From positions 160,001 to 224,000 of the forward strand of contig OZ243961.1 in the NCBI GenBank assembly GCA_965214605.1: DNA of 64,000 bases. The letters run 5' to 3'. The notes under the pieces are model-generated. The model was not told where the DNA came from. It ran no database searches and saw nothing but the letters and a program-made list of their open reading frames with translations. Below are positions 53,803-64,000 of the stretch, in pieces. How positions within the stretch are numbered: position 1 is the first letter of the stretch; each line of letters begins with the position of its first letter. The translations under genes and the position numbers were made by a program. Source of the stretch: an uncultured Candidatus Binatia bacterium (GTDB lineage: Bacteria; Desulfobacterota; Binatia; Bin18).

Positions 53803-54150
53803 TCAGGCACGGTAGGCCCGCAACCGGAGTCTGGAAACGGATATGAATGACCGAACAACAGGGGGAGCACGTGGGCTGCCAGAGCACAAATAGTCGGCCG
53901 CAGCGTGTTGCTCGGCCCTAATGGATAGACACAGGGTGGTGTACAGATAAACGACCGCAGTTGGGATATGGACGAGAAGGGCAGGGTTCTGTCCTCCTGT
54001 GACGCACAGCACACAATCTTGCTGGGCGAGACTGCCTGCGGGCTCGCTGTGAATATGAGAAACTCTGGCGGAGGACACGCACAACAGAACGAGCAGACTC
54101 AGCAGGGCTAGGCTTTTCTGCCAGGATACTAGGTGCTGTTTTTGCCACAT
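53803..54150 (-). CDS. DUF2946-like leader protein (TM/signal, HxH, CxxC, RAPP)
   Basis: SLALLSLLVLLCVSSA..SHIH..DCVLC..GSPRAPP; first ORF of the metal-uptake operon. Confidence 0.78.
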   Translation of the reverse strand: MWQKQHLVSWQKSLALLSLLVLLCVSSARVSHIHSEPAGSLAQQDCVLCVTGGQNPALLVHIPTAVVYLYTTLCLSIRAEQHAAADYLCSGSPRAPPVVRSFISVSRLRLRAYRA

Positions 54151-54152
54151 GG

Positions 54153-54191
54153 ATACTATTGCAATTCTATAGCAAGTACTTCCAGTGTCAA
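54153..54191 (-). promoter_or_regulatory. sigma70 promoter overlapped by a Fur-family dyad box
   Basis: TTGACA (54191-54186)-16 nt-TAGAAT (54169-54164); TTGCAA-N5-TAGCAA dyad over the -10. Confidence 0.65.
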
Positions 54192-54303
54192 GAGGTTTGA
54201 AAGCAAAAGACGCCCGAATACAGGGGGAGCAAGGATGAAGTGTCCTCTTGCGAGTGCTGGGCAAGGTGTGACAGAACAGGCCCAGAGAAGAAAGGAGTGT
54301 GTG

Positions 54304-55377
54304 ATGCCGGACTCACAGTTTGACAAAGCAAAAGCTGAAGCTTTTTCCAAAAAGATGCTCAGTATCCTCAACGACGCCAGTGTGGCCCAGATGATGGTCA
54401 TCGGCCATCAGGTCGGCCTCTTTGACACGCTGGCCAGCCTAGCCCCATCCACGAGTGAACAAATCGCGAAGGCAAGTAACCTAAACGAGCGCTATGTGCG
54501 CGAGTGGCTCGGCGCCATGGTGACCGGCCGGATCGTGGACTATGATCCGGCTGACAAAACCTACCGGCTCCCGCCTGAGCATGCCGCCGCTATCACACGG
54601 GCAGCGGGACCAAGGAATCTGGCGGCGATGATGCAAATGATCCCGATGGTGGCCAGAGTTCAGCAAGGCATTATTGATAGTTTTCGCGCCGGGGGTGGCG
54701 TACCATATTCGGCCTACGGGGACTTTCATAAGCTGATGGCCGAGATGAGCGGAGCCGTGCATGATGTGTCACTTGTTGACATCACTCTGCCCCTCATTTC
54801 CCAGATAGTCGACCGTTTACGCACCGGCATCGACGTTCTCGACGTCGGCTGTGGCAGTGGTCACGCGGTGAATCTGATGGCCAAGGCGTTTCCACACAGC
54901 CGCTTTACTGGTTACGATTTCTCAGAAGAAGGTATCGTTGCGGGCCAGGCGGAAGCGCAAGAGTGGGGCCTCACCAACGTCAAGTTTGCCGTCCAAGACG
55001 CGACCGAACTAGGCGATGTCAACCTGTACGACTTCATTACCGCTTTCGATTCCATTCATGACCAGGCTCATCCTCGGGCCGTGCTCAAGGGGATTGCCGA
55101 AGCGCTGAGGCCTGACGGTACGTTTCTGATGGTGGATGTGAACAGCTCAAGCCATTTAGAGGAAAATCTCGACCACGTCTTGGGACCAATGATGTACACT
55201 GTCTCGTGTATGCATTGAATGTCTGTCTCATTGGCCCTCCGTGGTGAGGGTCTCGGGGCAATGTGGGGCAAACACAAGGCGTTGGAGCTGTTGAGCGAGG
55301 CTGGGTTTAGTCAGGTCACGATAAAAAACGTCAAGCAGGATATGCTGAATAACTACTACGTCTGTACCATGGGCTAG
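54304..55377 (+). CDS. wHTH plus class I SAM methyltransferase (Rv2258c-like) with in-frame TGA at 55216-55218; candidate selenoprotein
   Basis: [23 protein letters not shown]; after SCMH-TGA the frame continues [25 protein letters not shown] to TAG 55377. Confidence 0.8.
55233..55252 (+). promoter_or_regulatory. SECIS-like hairpin
   Basis: GGCCCUC-[CGUGGU]-GAGGGUC 7-bp stem starting 14 nt after the UGA; G at loop position 2. Confidence 0.55.
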
Positions 55378-55388
55378 AAGACAGGGCG

Positions 55389-56096
55389 TCACCGGTGAAC
55401 AGGTGGGTACTCGTCGCGCAAGATCGCGAGGTCATGCACCACCTGTTCAATCAAATCTGCCTCATCGCCCCGGTAGTAGACACGGATACGAAACTCCGGG
55501 TCAACGAGCACAAAACGGTCGCTGTGGACGATTTGTTCGAGCCTCTTAGCCGGTCCGTGGCCCGTATGAGACCCTTCTGGCCGCGCATTCATCATCGCTA
55601 GCTGAAAGCCGTCTCTGACCAAAGGCTGAACGACGTTCAGCTCACCGGTCAGAAAAACCCAGCGCTTGGAATCAGCGCCATACCTGTTGGCATAGTCCTT
55701 GAGTCGCTGCGGCGTGTCCCATTCCGGATCAACACTGAAAGAGACTAGCCGAACCGAGGGCTGGTCGGTCTCTTCAAGCCTGGTTTGTAGCTTTGCCATC
55801 TGGACCGACAGCAGAGGGCACACGCCGGGGCAGCGGGTAAACACAAAATTTGCCACCCATATACGGCCGGACAAAGACTGGCGACCGAAAGGCTGACCAC
55901 TATGAGCAAATAGGCGAAAGTCCGGGACAGTCCGGTGGACCGGTAAACGGTCCGGTGAGCTCGACAGCGATGGTGTTTCGAAGGTCTGCCATACCAAGAC
56001 GCCGCTCATCCCCAGCAGCACGACAAACAAGAGCCGCCACACGATTCTGAGGAGTGGCAGTGGAGTGAAGGAGACACTATTGCTTGGTGCATTCAT
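55389..56096 (-). CDS. SCO/SenC family copper chaperone
   Basis: N-terminal TM, FTRCPGVCP (CxxxC), SVDPEWDTP, HSDRFVLVD. Confidence 0.92.
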   Translation of the reverse strand: MNAPSNSVSFTPLPLLRIVWRLLFVVLLGMSGVLVWQTFETPSLSSSPDRLPVHRTVPDFRLFAHSGQPFGRQSLSGRIWVANFVFTRCPGVCPLLSVQMAKLQTRLEETDQPSVRLVSFSVDPEWDTPQRLKDYANRYGADSKRWVFLTGELNVVQPLVRDGFQLAMMNARPEGSHTGHGPAKRLEQIVHSDRFVLVDPEFRIRVYYRGDEADLIEQVVHDLAILRDEYPPVHR

Positions 56097-56102
56097 AGCG
56101 GA

Positions 56103-57476
56103 CTACGCGCTCTTCTCGGTAAAGGGATACGGAAGCAGATGGTCTTCTGCCCGCAAGGCGTCGATTGAAGCACACCCCAGGAGCCGCATAGTATCCTCGA
56201 TTTCTTTCTTCAGGATGACAAACGCTTTGCGAACCCCTGCTTCGCCACCAGCTCCAAGACCATAAATATACGCCCGTCCAGCCAGCACGGCATCGGCTCC
56301 ATGCGCCAAGGCAATGACAACATCTCCGCCTGACCGGATGCCGCCATCCAACAAGATCTTCATCGCAGAGCCTTTCAATTTGGCCGCAATATCTTTCAGC
56401 ATGTACAAGGTCGGGTATACTCGGTCCATTTGGCGTCCGCCATGGTTGGATACGACAATAGCATCCACTCCATGATCGACCGCAAGCTGAGCATCTTCGA
56501 CACACTGGACCCCCTTGATAATAATCGGCTTATCCTCTCCCCAGATTTGTCGAATCCAGGGCAGGTGCTCCCAGGTGACAACGGAAGCGCGCAGTTGAGT
56601 CCCAATATCAGCGTACGGCATTGGCTGCCCATCGTTCTGGATAACGTTTCGGAACCGCATCAGCCCGTTGTCCGCATACAAGCTCTTGAGCCAGGAGAGA
56701 TGCCGTATCATCTGTGGTCCAAATTGCAATTTCTGGAATGGAGTGCCATTGATCGCCTGTGGGGCCCCCATCCATTCGTGGCGGGCGCGATTGCCAGGCA
56801 CAGCCGTATCAATAGTGAGCACCAGAGCGGAGTAGCCCGCTTTTTTTGCCCTCTCAATACCCCTGGCCGCTATCTCTTTTCCACCAACTAGATACAGCTG
56901 ATACCAACACGGTCCTTTTGAGGCCGCCCTGACTTCTTCCAGATCAGTGCCTGTCAGCGTTGAGAGCGCGCATATCGTTCCTGCTTCCCCGACAGCCTTG
57001 GCCGCGACAGCCTCTCCACGAGGCCAGAGCATCCTGAGACTTCCTATCGGTCCGGCGATAACGGGCAAGTCAATAGTCTGCCCCAGAATTTCAGTCCGCA
57101 TCTCTACCGATCCAAGCTGTACTCCCGATCTTGGCTTAAAACGTTCTCTTTGAAAGGCTGCTATATTATCCCTGAGAGTGATCTCATTATCGGCTCCGCC
57201 GCGATAATACTCTCTCACAATTGGCGGTACCCGCTTCTCCATCACCTGACGAAGGTGATCTATGGTGACACACTTTTCAACTGCTTTAGCCCATCGCTCG
57301 ACACTCCTGACATGGGCGCGCCGGAGGTATAGCTGAAGCAAGTTCAGTCGTCCCCTTCGTCCGCTTGGTCGAAGATCGTCAGCCTCTTCAACAAGACCTA
57401 CGGTTTCATCCATGCTCTGTCTTGAAGACGAAAGCGTCGGGCTTTGATCAAGGGGAGATGGATGAAGATCACCCAT
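56103..57476 (-). CDS. FMN-dependent alpha-hydroxy acid dehydrogenase (LldD-like)
   Basis: GGADNE.TLRDN, WYQLY, IIKG, VSNHGGRQ, DGGIRSG, GRAY. Confidence 0.93.
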   Translation of the reverse strand: MGDLHPSPLDQSPTLSSSRQSMDETVGLVEEADDLRPSGRRGRLNLLQLYLRRAHVRSVERWAKAVEKCVTIDHLRQVMEKRVPPIVREYYRGGADNEITLRDNIAAFQRERFKPRSGVQLGSVEMRTEILGQTIDLPVIAGPIGSLRMLWPRGEAVAAKAVGEAGTICALSTLTGTDLEEVRAASKGPCWYQLYLVGGKEIAARGIERAKKAGYSALVLTIDTAVPGNRARHEWMGAPQAINGTPFQKLQFGPQMIRHLSWLKSLYADNGLMRFRNVIQNDGQPMPYADIGTQLRASVVTWEHLPWIRQIWGEDKPIIIKGVQCVEDAQLAVDHGVDAIVVSNHGGRQMDRVYPTLYMLKDIAAKLKGSAMKILLDGGIRSGGDVVIALAHGADAVLAGRAYIYGLGAGGEAGVRKAFVILKKEIEDTMRLLGCASIDALRAEDHLLPYPFTEKSA

Positions 57477-58274
57477 ACGACGGTCCTCCGTAGTGCTCGG
57501 ACCTAAAGACTGCAGTATGCACGAAGCGATCGGACAATATTTCTTATTGACACGTATTGATAAATGAATTGCCAACGTTTGAAACGTATCTTAGAGGATA
57601 TATGCACCGTTTCGTGATGAGTCCTTCAATATCTCATCTCCAGGTCCACAGGCAAGGGTATGGCGGCAGGGCACGGGAAAAGCTGGCAAGACAAAACAGC
57701 TGTGCTAAGAGAGTCTGTTCCAAGCCGATATCCAGTGGGTCCCGGTATATGCCTTCGCGTGGAAGCGAGCGGGAAGGCGATATTTTTATGAACCTACGGG
57801 GCCGATGCAGAGCCTGAGGCCGGCTGTGTTGGTCAACGACTGTGGGGCGATCACTATTGATGCTGAGCTGTGAGACGGGCAGGAATATCCCGTTCGGGCT
57901 TTTCCCGACAGGGGTGTCTCCTGTATCCATCGGCCCGATCTGTCGCTTGCTCTCCAAGAGGTATTGGCAGATCAGCCTCAGGTTATGTACCCAGATCAAA
58001 ATGTTGTCTCGCCTGCTGAGCCGTTGGTTCTCAAAACCTAGGGTCACCGTACCAAAGACAATCTGACGGACCGAAGAGTTTGTCCGTTTCACTAATCCAA
58101 CAAAGGCTGTTTTCCTACGACGGAGCAGAGACTAGAGGAAGTCCGCCTCTCGCCCTAATCACCAGCTCGTGTTCATACTAGGAACAGCTTCACGCCCGAG
58201 GACCCCGCAGGCCGAGTGTTGTTCTCTCCTATCGCACGTCAATTAAGATAGTCCTGATCTTAACACCGTTCTAA

Positions 58275-58303
58275 TTGCAAAATGGAACAGCTCTTTATAC
58301 AAT
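58275..58303 (+). promoter_or_regulatory. sigma70-like promoter of the Fur-family gene
   Basis: TTGCAA-17 nt-TACAAT. Confidence 0.55.
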
Positions 58304-58335
58304 GAAAAAATCAGGGACAGGCAAGGAGCAGGTCG

Positions 58336-58785
58336 ATGAAGCCATCTCAGCCCTCTCATTCTTCGATGAGCGAAATACGGGCCAGTATCCGCGCCGCCGG
58401 ACTGCGCGGCACAATGTCTCGGATTGCGGTGTTGAGCTATCTACAGTCGGTGACAACCCCGCTTAGCCATGCTGAAATCTTTAACGCGCTGGAGGAGCAA
58501 GGATTTGATCGGGCCACGATCTATCGTAACCTAGTTGATCTCACCGAGGTCGGCCTTCTGGTGCGGACGGATGTTGGGGACCATGTGTGGCGTTTTGAGC
58601 TGCGTCGGAGTGGTCCAGATGGACGGCAAGCTGAGCACCCGCATTTCATGTGCACGGATTGTGGCGAAGTCTCCTGTCTTCCTGCAGTGAGCGTCAATAT
58701 AGACCCGCCAACAGCGGTGCCGCGTTCGGTGCGTGTTCAACAAGTCGATGTGCAGCTCAAGGGCTTGTGCGATCGCTGTACATAG
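58336..58785 (+). CDS. Fur-family transcriptional regulator (Zur-like by context)
   Basis: GLRGT..RIAVL, DRATIYRNL, HPHFMCTDCG, KGLCDRC. Confidence 0.92.
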   Translation: MKPSQPSHSSMSEIRASIRAAGLRGTMSRIAVLSYLQSVTTPLSHAEIFNALEEQGFDRATIYRNLVDLTEVGLLVRTDVGDHVWRFELRRSGPDGRQAEHPHFMCTDCGEVSCLPAVSVNIDPPTAVPRSVRVQQVDVQLKGLCDRCT

Positions 58786-59266
58786 GACATTGGAGGTCTA
58801 TCCATCCCGGGCGCCTCTAGGATTCTTCTGCCTCTGGGGCGGCGATAAGCACCATATCGCCCTCGCTAGCCAAACAGAGGAGGGGATGCTTAGATCAACG
58901 CTCTGGAGTCGGTAACCAAAAGAACACCTGTAAAAAGATGTTTTCATATGATGCTTCCCTACGCCCTTACACAAGCCGTTGAGCAGCGAGGCCTGCCCCT
59001 ATGATAGTGCAGACGACAGGTCCTCTTTCTTTTGATGAGGGAATGGCCGGGACCCTACGGTTCCTTATGCCGGCGCAAGCTGCGATCAATAACTGGATGG
59101 CCGTAGGTGCGGCACGCGCCACCTCTAATTCCGCAATTCACGAGGAAACCCACAGCCATCACTGGACTTGATTCGTTCATCAGAGCGGGCGTAATGGGGC
59201 CTTCCTCCGAAAAGGACATATCTGTCCTGTCAGCTCCTTCCGTTAAGGGAGCCCCGGATCTGGGAT

Positions 59267-59560
59267 ATGTTGGAGGCCGTCCCTGTTTCGTTCCTATCAG
59301 CTGGACGAGTTCCTGATTCTGTTGCCCGACCTCCGTGGGTGGCTCCCGCCGGGGCCTCTGGCCCATCACGTCAGCGACTTGGTCGGACGCGTTGGTTCCA
59401 AACGCATTCTGCGCACTGTACGAGAGGGAGGGGCGGCTTATGAGCCGCCGTTGATGGTGAAGAGTCTGACACCGCTGGGCTCGCGTGGTGAGAGGCTGGC
59501 TCAGGTGGTCCGAGAGAGCCAGTAAGATATGTCGGGCTACCATGGGGTGTTTCGGAGGTC
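59267..59560 (+). mobile_element. IS1182-family transposase N-terminal remnant
   Basis: FRSYQLDEFLILLPDLRGWLPPGPLAHHVSDLV / AF..YE..GR / YEPPLMVK; frameshifted. Confidence 0.75.
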
Positions 59561-59598
59561 ATCTTGTATGGACAGAGGATCCCAGCTCGGTCGTACCA

Positions 59599-59920
59599 CT
59601 AAATTATACGGAGCTGTCCAACGTGTATTTGAAACAACGCTCCTGAGGGCCGATTGCAGTAGACGCCGCTAAAGGCAACTGCAGGGGCATTGTTATCGTG
59701 GCGGGTGAAGAGGCATTGGGTCTGGCCCTTAAGCTTGTGGATCTCTAGCGGATGTCGCAGCTCCATGCCAGTATCTATGAACTCGTTGCCACCAACAGGC
59801 CAAAGGAGGAGGTGGGGGGTTCCCACCCACTCCGGGAAAACTCCATCGCGGTGGGAGGGTAATAGAGAGGGAGAAAGAGGCGGCGTGGATACCACTACCA
59901 ATAATCAGCCACTGAAGCAT
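59599..59920 (-). pseudogene. FAD/NAD(P)-binding oxidoreductase N-terminal remnant
   Basis: MLQWLIIGSGIH..PLACW / TGMELR..IH..RPSGALF..H across a frameshift; truncated. Confidence 0.6.
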
Positions 59921-60396
59921 GGGTGCCTTTCGTCTGAGAAAGAGACCGACTGATCTACATGCGTCCGCTCAGCACGCGTATTCATCGTGGAGACAAATCG
60001 TCAAGAAAGCCGCAGACTCCCAAACAAAGCTGGTCGCGGGAAGAGAGTGTGTCGGTGTCAATAAGACGTTGAATTGATAGAGATGGGTGACGGAGTGTAT
60101 TTGTAGCCCAGTGCACCACTAGGCTATGTTTCGGCGGAGCAAATATACGGACACTCTATGTCATCTTGTCTGCAACAGGTCGCCTTGTGGTGTTTGAGTG
60201 GTCGGACCTTGGCACGAGCCACCCGCTGTCCAACGCTCTACACATAGCGAGTAGGGCTCCAGACCTTTGTAAAAAGAGATAGACACGCAGGCCGGGTGAG
60301 CAGGGTGGAATCCGGTATCCGGCAGGGGAGCTATCTTTAGTTGGAATCCTCGTGTATGATAGGGGTCTCCACAGCTGGGTAAGGAGTACGAAATCG

Positions 60397-60711
60397 ATGG
60401 CAAGCCGCATCCGAAAAAACGATACCGTTCAGGTCATGACCGGCAAGGATAAAGGCAAGATGGGCGAGATTCTCCAGGTTTTTCCGGAACAAGGCCGGGT
60501 CACGGTCCGCGGCCTCAATATGGTCAAACGCCACGTCAAACCGAACCAGCAACAGCAGCAGGGCGGTATTGTTGAGAAAGAGGCGCCCCTCCACATCTCC
60601 AATGTCATGCCGCTTGACCCTGACGACGGCCGCCCGACCCGGGTCGGGTTCAGGATTATTGAGGGGAAAAAGGTTCGCGTCGGTAAGCGAACGGGCAAGG
60701 TGCTCGACTGA
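60397..60711 (+). CDS. rplX: 50S ribosomal protein L24, stand-alone Cys-free copy
   Basis: IRKNDTVQVMTGKDKGKMG (KOW), GGIVEKEAPLHISNV, PTRVG; AAGGAG RBS. Confidence 0.96.
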   Translation: MASRIRKNDTVQVMTGKDKGKMGEILQVFPEQGRVTVRGLNMVKRHVKPNQQQQQGGIVEKEAPLHISNVMPLDPDDGRPTRVGFRIIEGKKVRVGKRTGKVLD

Positions 60712-60733
60712 CCGGGCCGTCCATCGACACCAG

Positions 60734-60766
60734 AAAAAAAGCCGACGGAGTGCGTCGACTTCTTTT
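60734..60766. terminator. putative bidirectional intrinsic terminator
   Basis: A7-GCCGACG-gagtg-CGTCGAC-TTCTTTT between convergent rplX and rpmG. Confidence 0.55.
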
Positions 60767-60782
60767 GCGGGCTCGCCCGCTG

Positions 60783-60938
60783 CTATTTCAGGCGGGTCTC
60801 TTTATAAATGACGTGTTTACGAGCCACTGGATCGTATTTTTTGAGCTCGAGTTTATCCGTCATGGTCTTTTTATTTTTGGTCGCAATGTAAAAGTGACCG
60901 GTTCCGGCCGACGATTCCAGTTTGATTTTTTCGCGCAT
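60783..60938 (-). CDS. rpmG: 50S ribosomal protein L33, Cys-free form (not in ORF track)
   Basis: [51 protein letters not shown]; AAGGAGG RBS. Confidence 0.96.
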   Translation of the reverse strand: MREKIKLESSAGTGHFYIATKNKKTMTDKLELKKYDPVARKHVIYKETRLK

Positions 60939-60965
60939 GGTTTATCCTCCTTTTGCAAGGCCCGT

Positions 60966-61202
60966 CTACACTTTGACACCGCGCTGACGCATATCTTTTA
61001 AGACTCGTTCGATACCCAGCTTATCAATCGTCCGAATCCCACGTGCGCTTAAACGTAAGCGTATCCAGCGTTTCTCGCTCGCAAGCCAAAACTTGTGGGT
61101 CTGCATGTTTGGAAGAAAACGCCGTCTTGTTTTGTTGTGGGCGTGGGATACATTATTCCCGGTGCGTGGGCGTTTGCCAGTGACCGGACACAATCTCGAC
61201 AT
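60966..61202 (-). CDS. rpmB: 50S ribosomal protein L28, long form without Zn ribbon
   Basis: [28 protein letters not shown]; single Cys. Confidence 0.96.
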   Translation of the reverse strand: MSRLCPVTGKRPRTGNNVSHAHNKTRRRFLPNMQTHKFWLASEKRWIRLRLSARGIRTIDKLGIERVLKDMRQRGVKV

Positions 61203-61332
61203 GAAAAAGTCTCCTCAGTATTGTCTTACTAGCCGGATGGGGAGCGGCCCTTATAGCATAGCCGATTCCAGAGGGCTACGGTGCGCGTCTTTTTGACGGG
61301 TAAACCGGTGCTGCCCGTCGGGTGAGAGGGTG

Positions 61333-61824
61333 TTAAGCCGTGAGCTTCTCACATTCGGCTATCGTCTTCACACACGCCTCAGCGGTTTCAATGCAGATGG
61401 CGTGATGGTGATGCTTGCGGCATTCGTCTTCACAAGCTTTGCAGATGGCAATGCAGACCTGGGCAAAGTTGCTAAGCTGGGCTGAACTCGCAGCCCCTAG
61501 AGTGGCCAGAGCTTCAGACACTGCTATCATCTCCTGGTTGCGCATAGCGCAGGCGGCCAGCGTGGTGTCGCCCGCGGCAAACTGCTGAAAACAGTGCTGG
61601 AGGCACATTTGTCCGATGCCGGCACACTCGAGCGCGGTCAAAACGAGGGAGCGATGCCGGGTTGCTGGATTCACCGCTGGAGCGGCGTGTTCATGAGGGC
61701 TATGGCTGTCGGCGAGTACCGGGCTGGCCAAAGCGGCTAGGCCGAGACTCGTTGCGCCCATCAGCGCACCGCGTCTGGTCAGTAGTGGAGAATGATCGGT
61801 CTGTACGGCGTCATTTTTACTCAT
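61333..61824 (-). CDS. Tat-exported four-helix-bundle copper storage protein (Csp1-like)
   Basis: TRRGAL twin-arginine signal; repeated CxxxC/CxxC helices (CIAICKACEDECRKH, CIETAEAC..CE). Confidence 0.88.
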   Translation of the reverse strand: MSKNDAVQTDHSPLLTRRGALMGATSLGLAALASPVLADSHSPHEHAAPAVNPATRHRSLVLTALECAGIGQMCLQHCFQQFAAGDTTLAACAMRNQEMIAVSEALATLGAASSAQLSNFAQVCIAICKACEDECRKHHHHAICIETAEACVKTIAECEKLTA

Positions 61825-61853
61825 ATGCACTCCTCAGTATGATTGTGTTCGGC

Positions 61854-62975
<1,122 letters not shown>

Positions 62976-64000
62976 TCAGGGTGCGTAATAATCCTGAGGT
63001 GTACCACTGGGGCTTATCAGGAAGCAAGGCTGAGTCCACATCCTATCGTTCCTTACTCTGGACCGTCTTAGATAGCGGCAATCCAAATAGCGGTCTGAGA
63101 CATTGCGCGCCCGAGGCACGAGTACTCCGCTCCTTCGAAGATTCTCTTTAGCCGACAATTTTTGTGCTTGACCTGATCTGGCTGGTACACCTCATAGTGA
63201 TGCGTAAGACGTTACTGGCCCTGCTCCTCTTCGGTCTGACCTCAGTGGTGTCTTGATAATCAACAACTTCCGGATGCGGTCATGGGGCACTGCTATGCCA
63301 AGAGGGCGGTTCCTGGGACCGTGCTGTTCTATGGTCTACTTGTAACTGCCTTAATGGTCGGTCTCCCTTCCTTGGGTGCTGGACAGGTTATGCCACTACC
63401 GGGTTGCAGGTGAGCGTCGCTCGTCGTCAAAAGAGAAACTGCCTTCCCAAGATGGGACCTCTCCCGGGTACGTACTGGCCGGTTCTGATAGAACCGATGT
63501 CGCTTCGAGAATAAAGTCGGCTAGCCTCATTCCGCCACAGGTAATGTGGAACAGTCCGTGGCGGTGTTCACGTGAACATTCAATAATACTCTCAGCGATA
63601 GTGACGATTTTCAGCAACCTTACACGGTCGCGAAAGGAGTCTTCCAAATGATGGGTTTTGCCACCGACGGTGAGGAATTGTGTTCCGGGCGTGACGGGCG
63701 GAAACCAGCCTTTTGGTACAACAACGGACAGGAGAGAAGCGAGGCGGACGTCGGGGCCGTGCGGGTGGGGACACCCCTGGATTCGTCACAGCTCGGAAAG
63801 CGATGCGGACGGCGATGATATACGAGGCCGGCGAGCGACCACCGTCGCTTAACCCCATTTATCCAGCTCCTGCAAGACCTCAAACAATATCCGGGTGGCC
63901 TGGCCTAGGCTGGCCAACGGAATCCGCTCGTTGGGACCGTGCACCCCATAGTCTTCCCCGGCTTGCAGCGCAATCCCTGAGAAACCGTAGCTGATAATAC

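Noticed and set aside
55216-55218. Genome-wide TGA reassignment as the explanation for read-through
   Set aside because: TGA is a normal stop in secF, rplX, the EthD gene and others, and Trp is encoded by TGG
57600-58250. ORFs between the FMN dehydrogenase and the Fur-family gene
   Set aside because: No recognisable motif in any frame; possibly decayed coding DNA but unsupported
60150-60390. Additional ribosomal paralogs or a Zur-type box upstream of rplX
   Set aside because: No L31/L36/S14/S18-like frame found; only a half-site (CTGCAAC) without a matching arm
63200-64000. Signal-peptide-like start (MRKTLLALLLFGLTSVVS*) and short ORFs at the window end
   Set aside because: Interrupted by stops and no family recognised

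Overview
Bacterial chromosomal segment of about 60% GC. The gene content (IspH-UbiA fusion, tandem ThyX, DUF4416, several CoA-transferases/SDRs) and the many pseudogenes suggest a host-associated deltaproteobacterial-type organism (inference). Housekeeping blocks: acyl-CoA carboxylase, coaBC, nfeD-slipin, queA-tgt-yajC-secDF-recJ and efp. Two GC-rich, decayed conjugative-plasmid relics interrupt them (~3.1-5.2 kb and 42.0-47.3 kb). The second is bracketed by a 301-bp direct repeat and carries an intact TIR-SLOG-TIR (Thoeris-like) operon with no recognisable effector. The right third (47.4-63 kb) is a metal/zinc-starvation neighbourhood: ZIP, CDF, ZnuABC-like, MerC-like, a His/Asp-repeat outer-membrane protein, a CxxC/RAPP leader ORF, a Fur-family regulator, Cys-free ribosomal proteins L24/L28/L33, Csp, SCO, and an FrmA lacking two structural-Zn cysteines. 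The most striking signal is a wHTH-SAM-methyltransferase with an in-frame TGA at a position where the family has Cys (CxxU), followed by a SECIS-like hairpin: a candidate selenoprotein. All calls come from motif recognition by eye; no searches were run.
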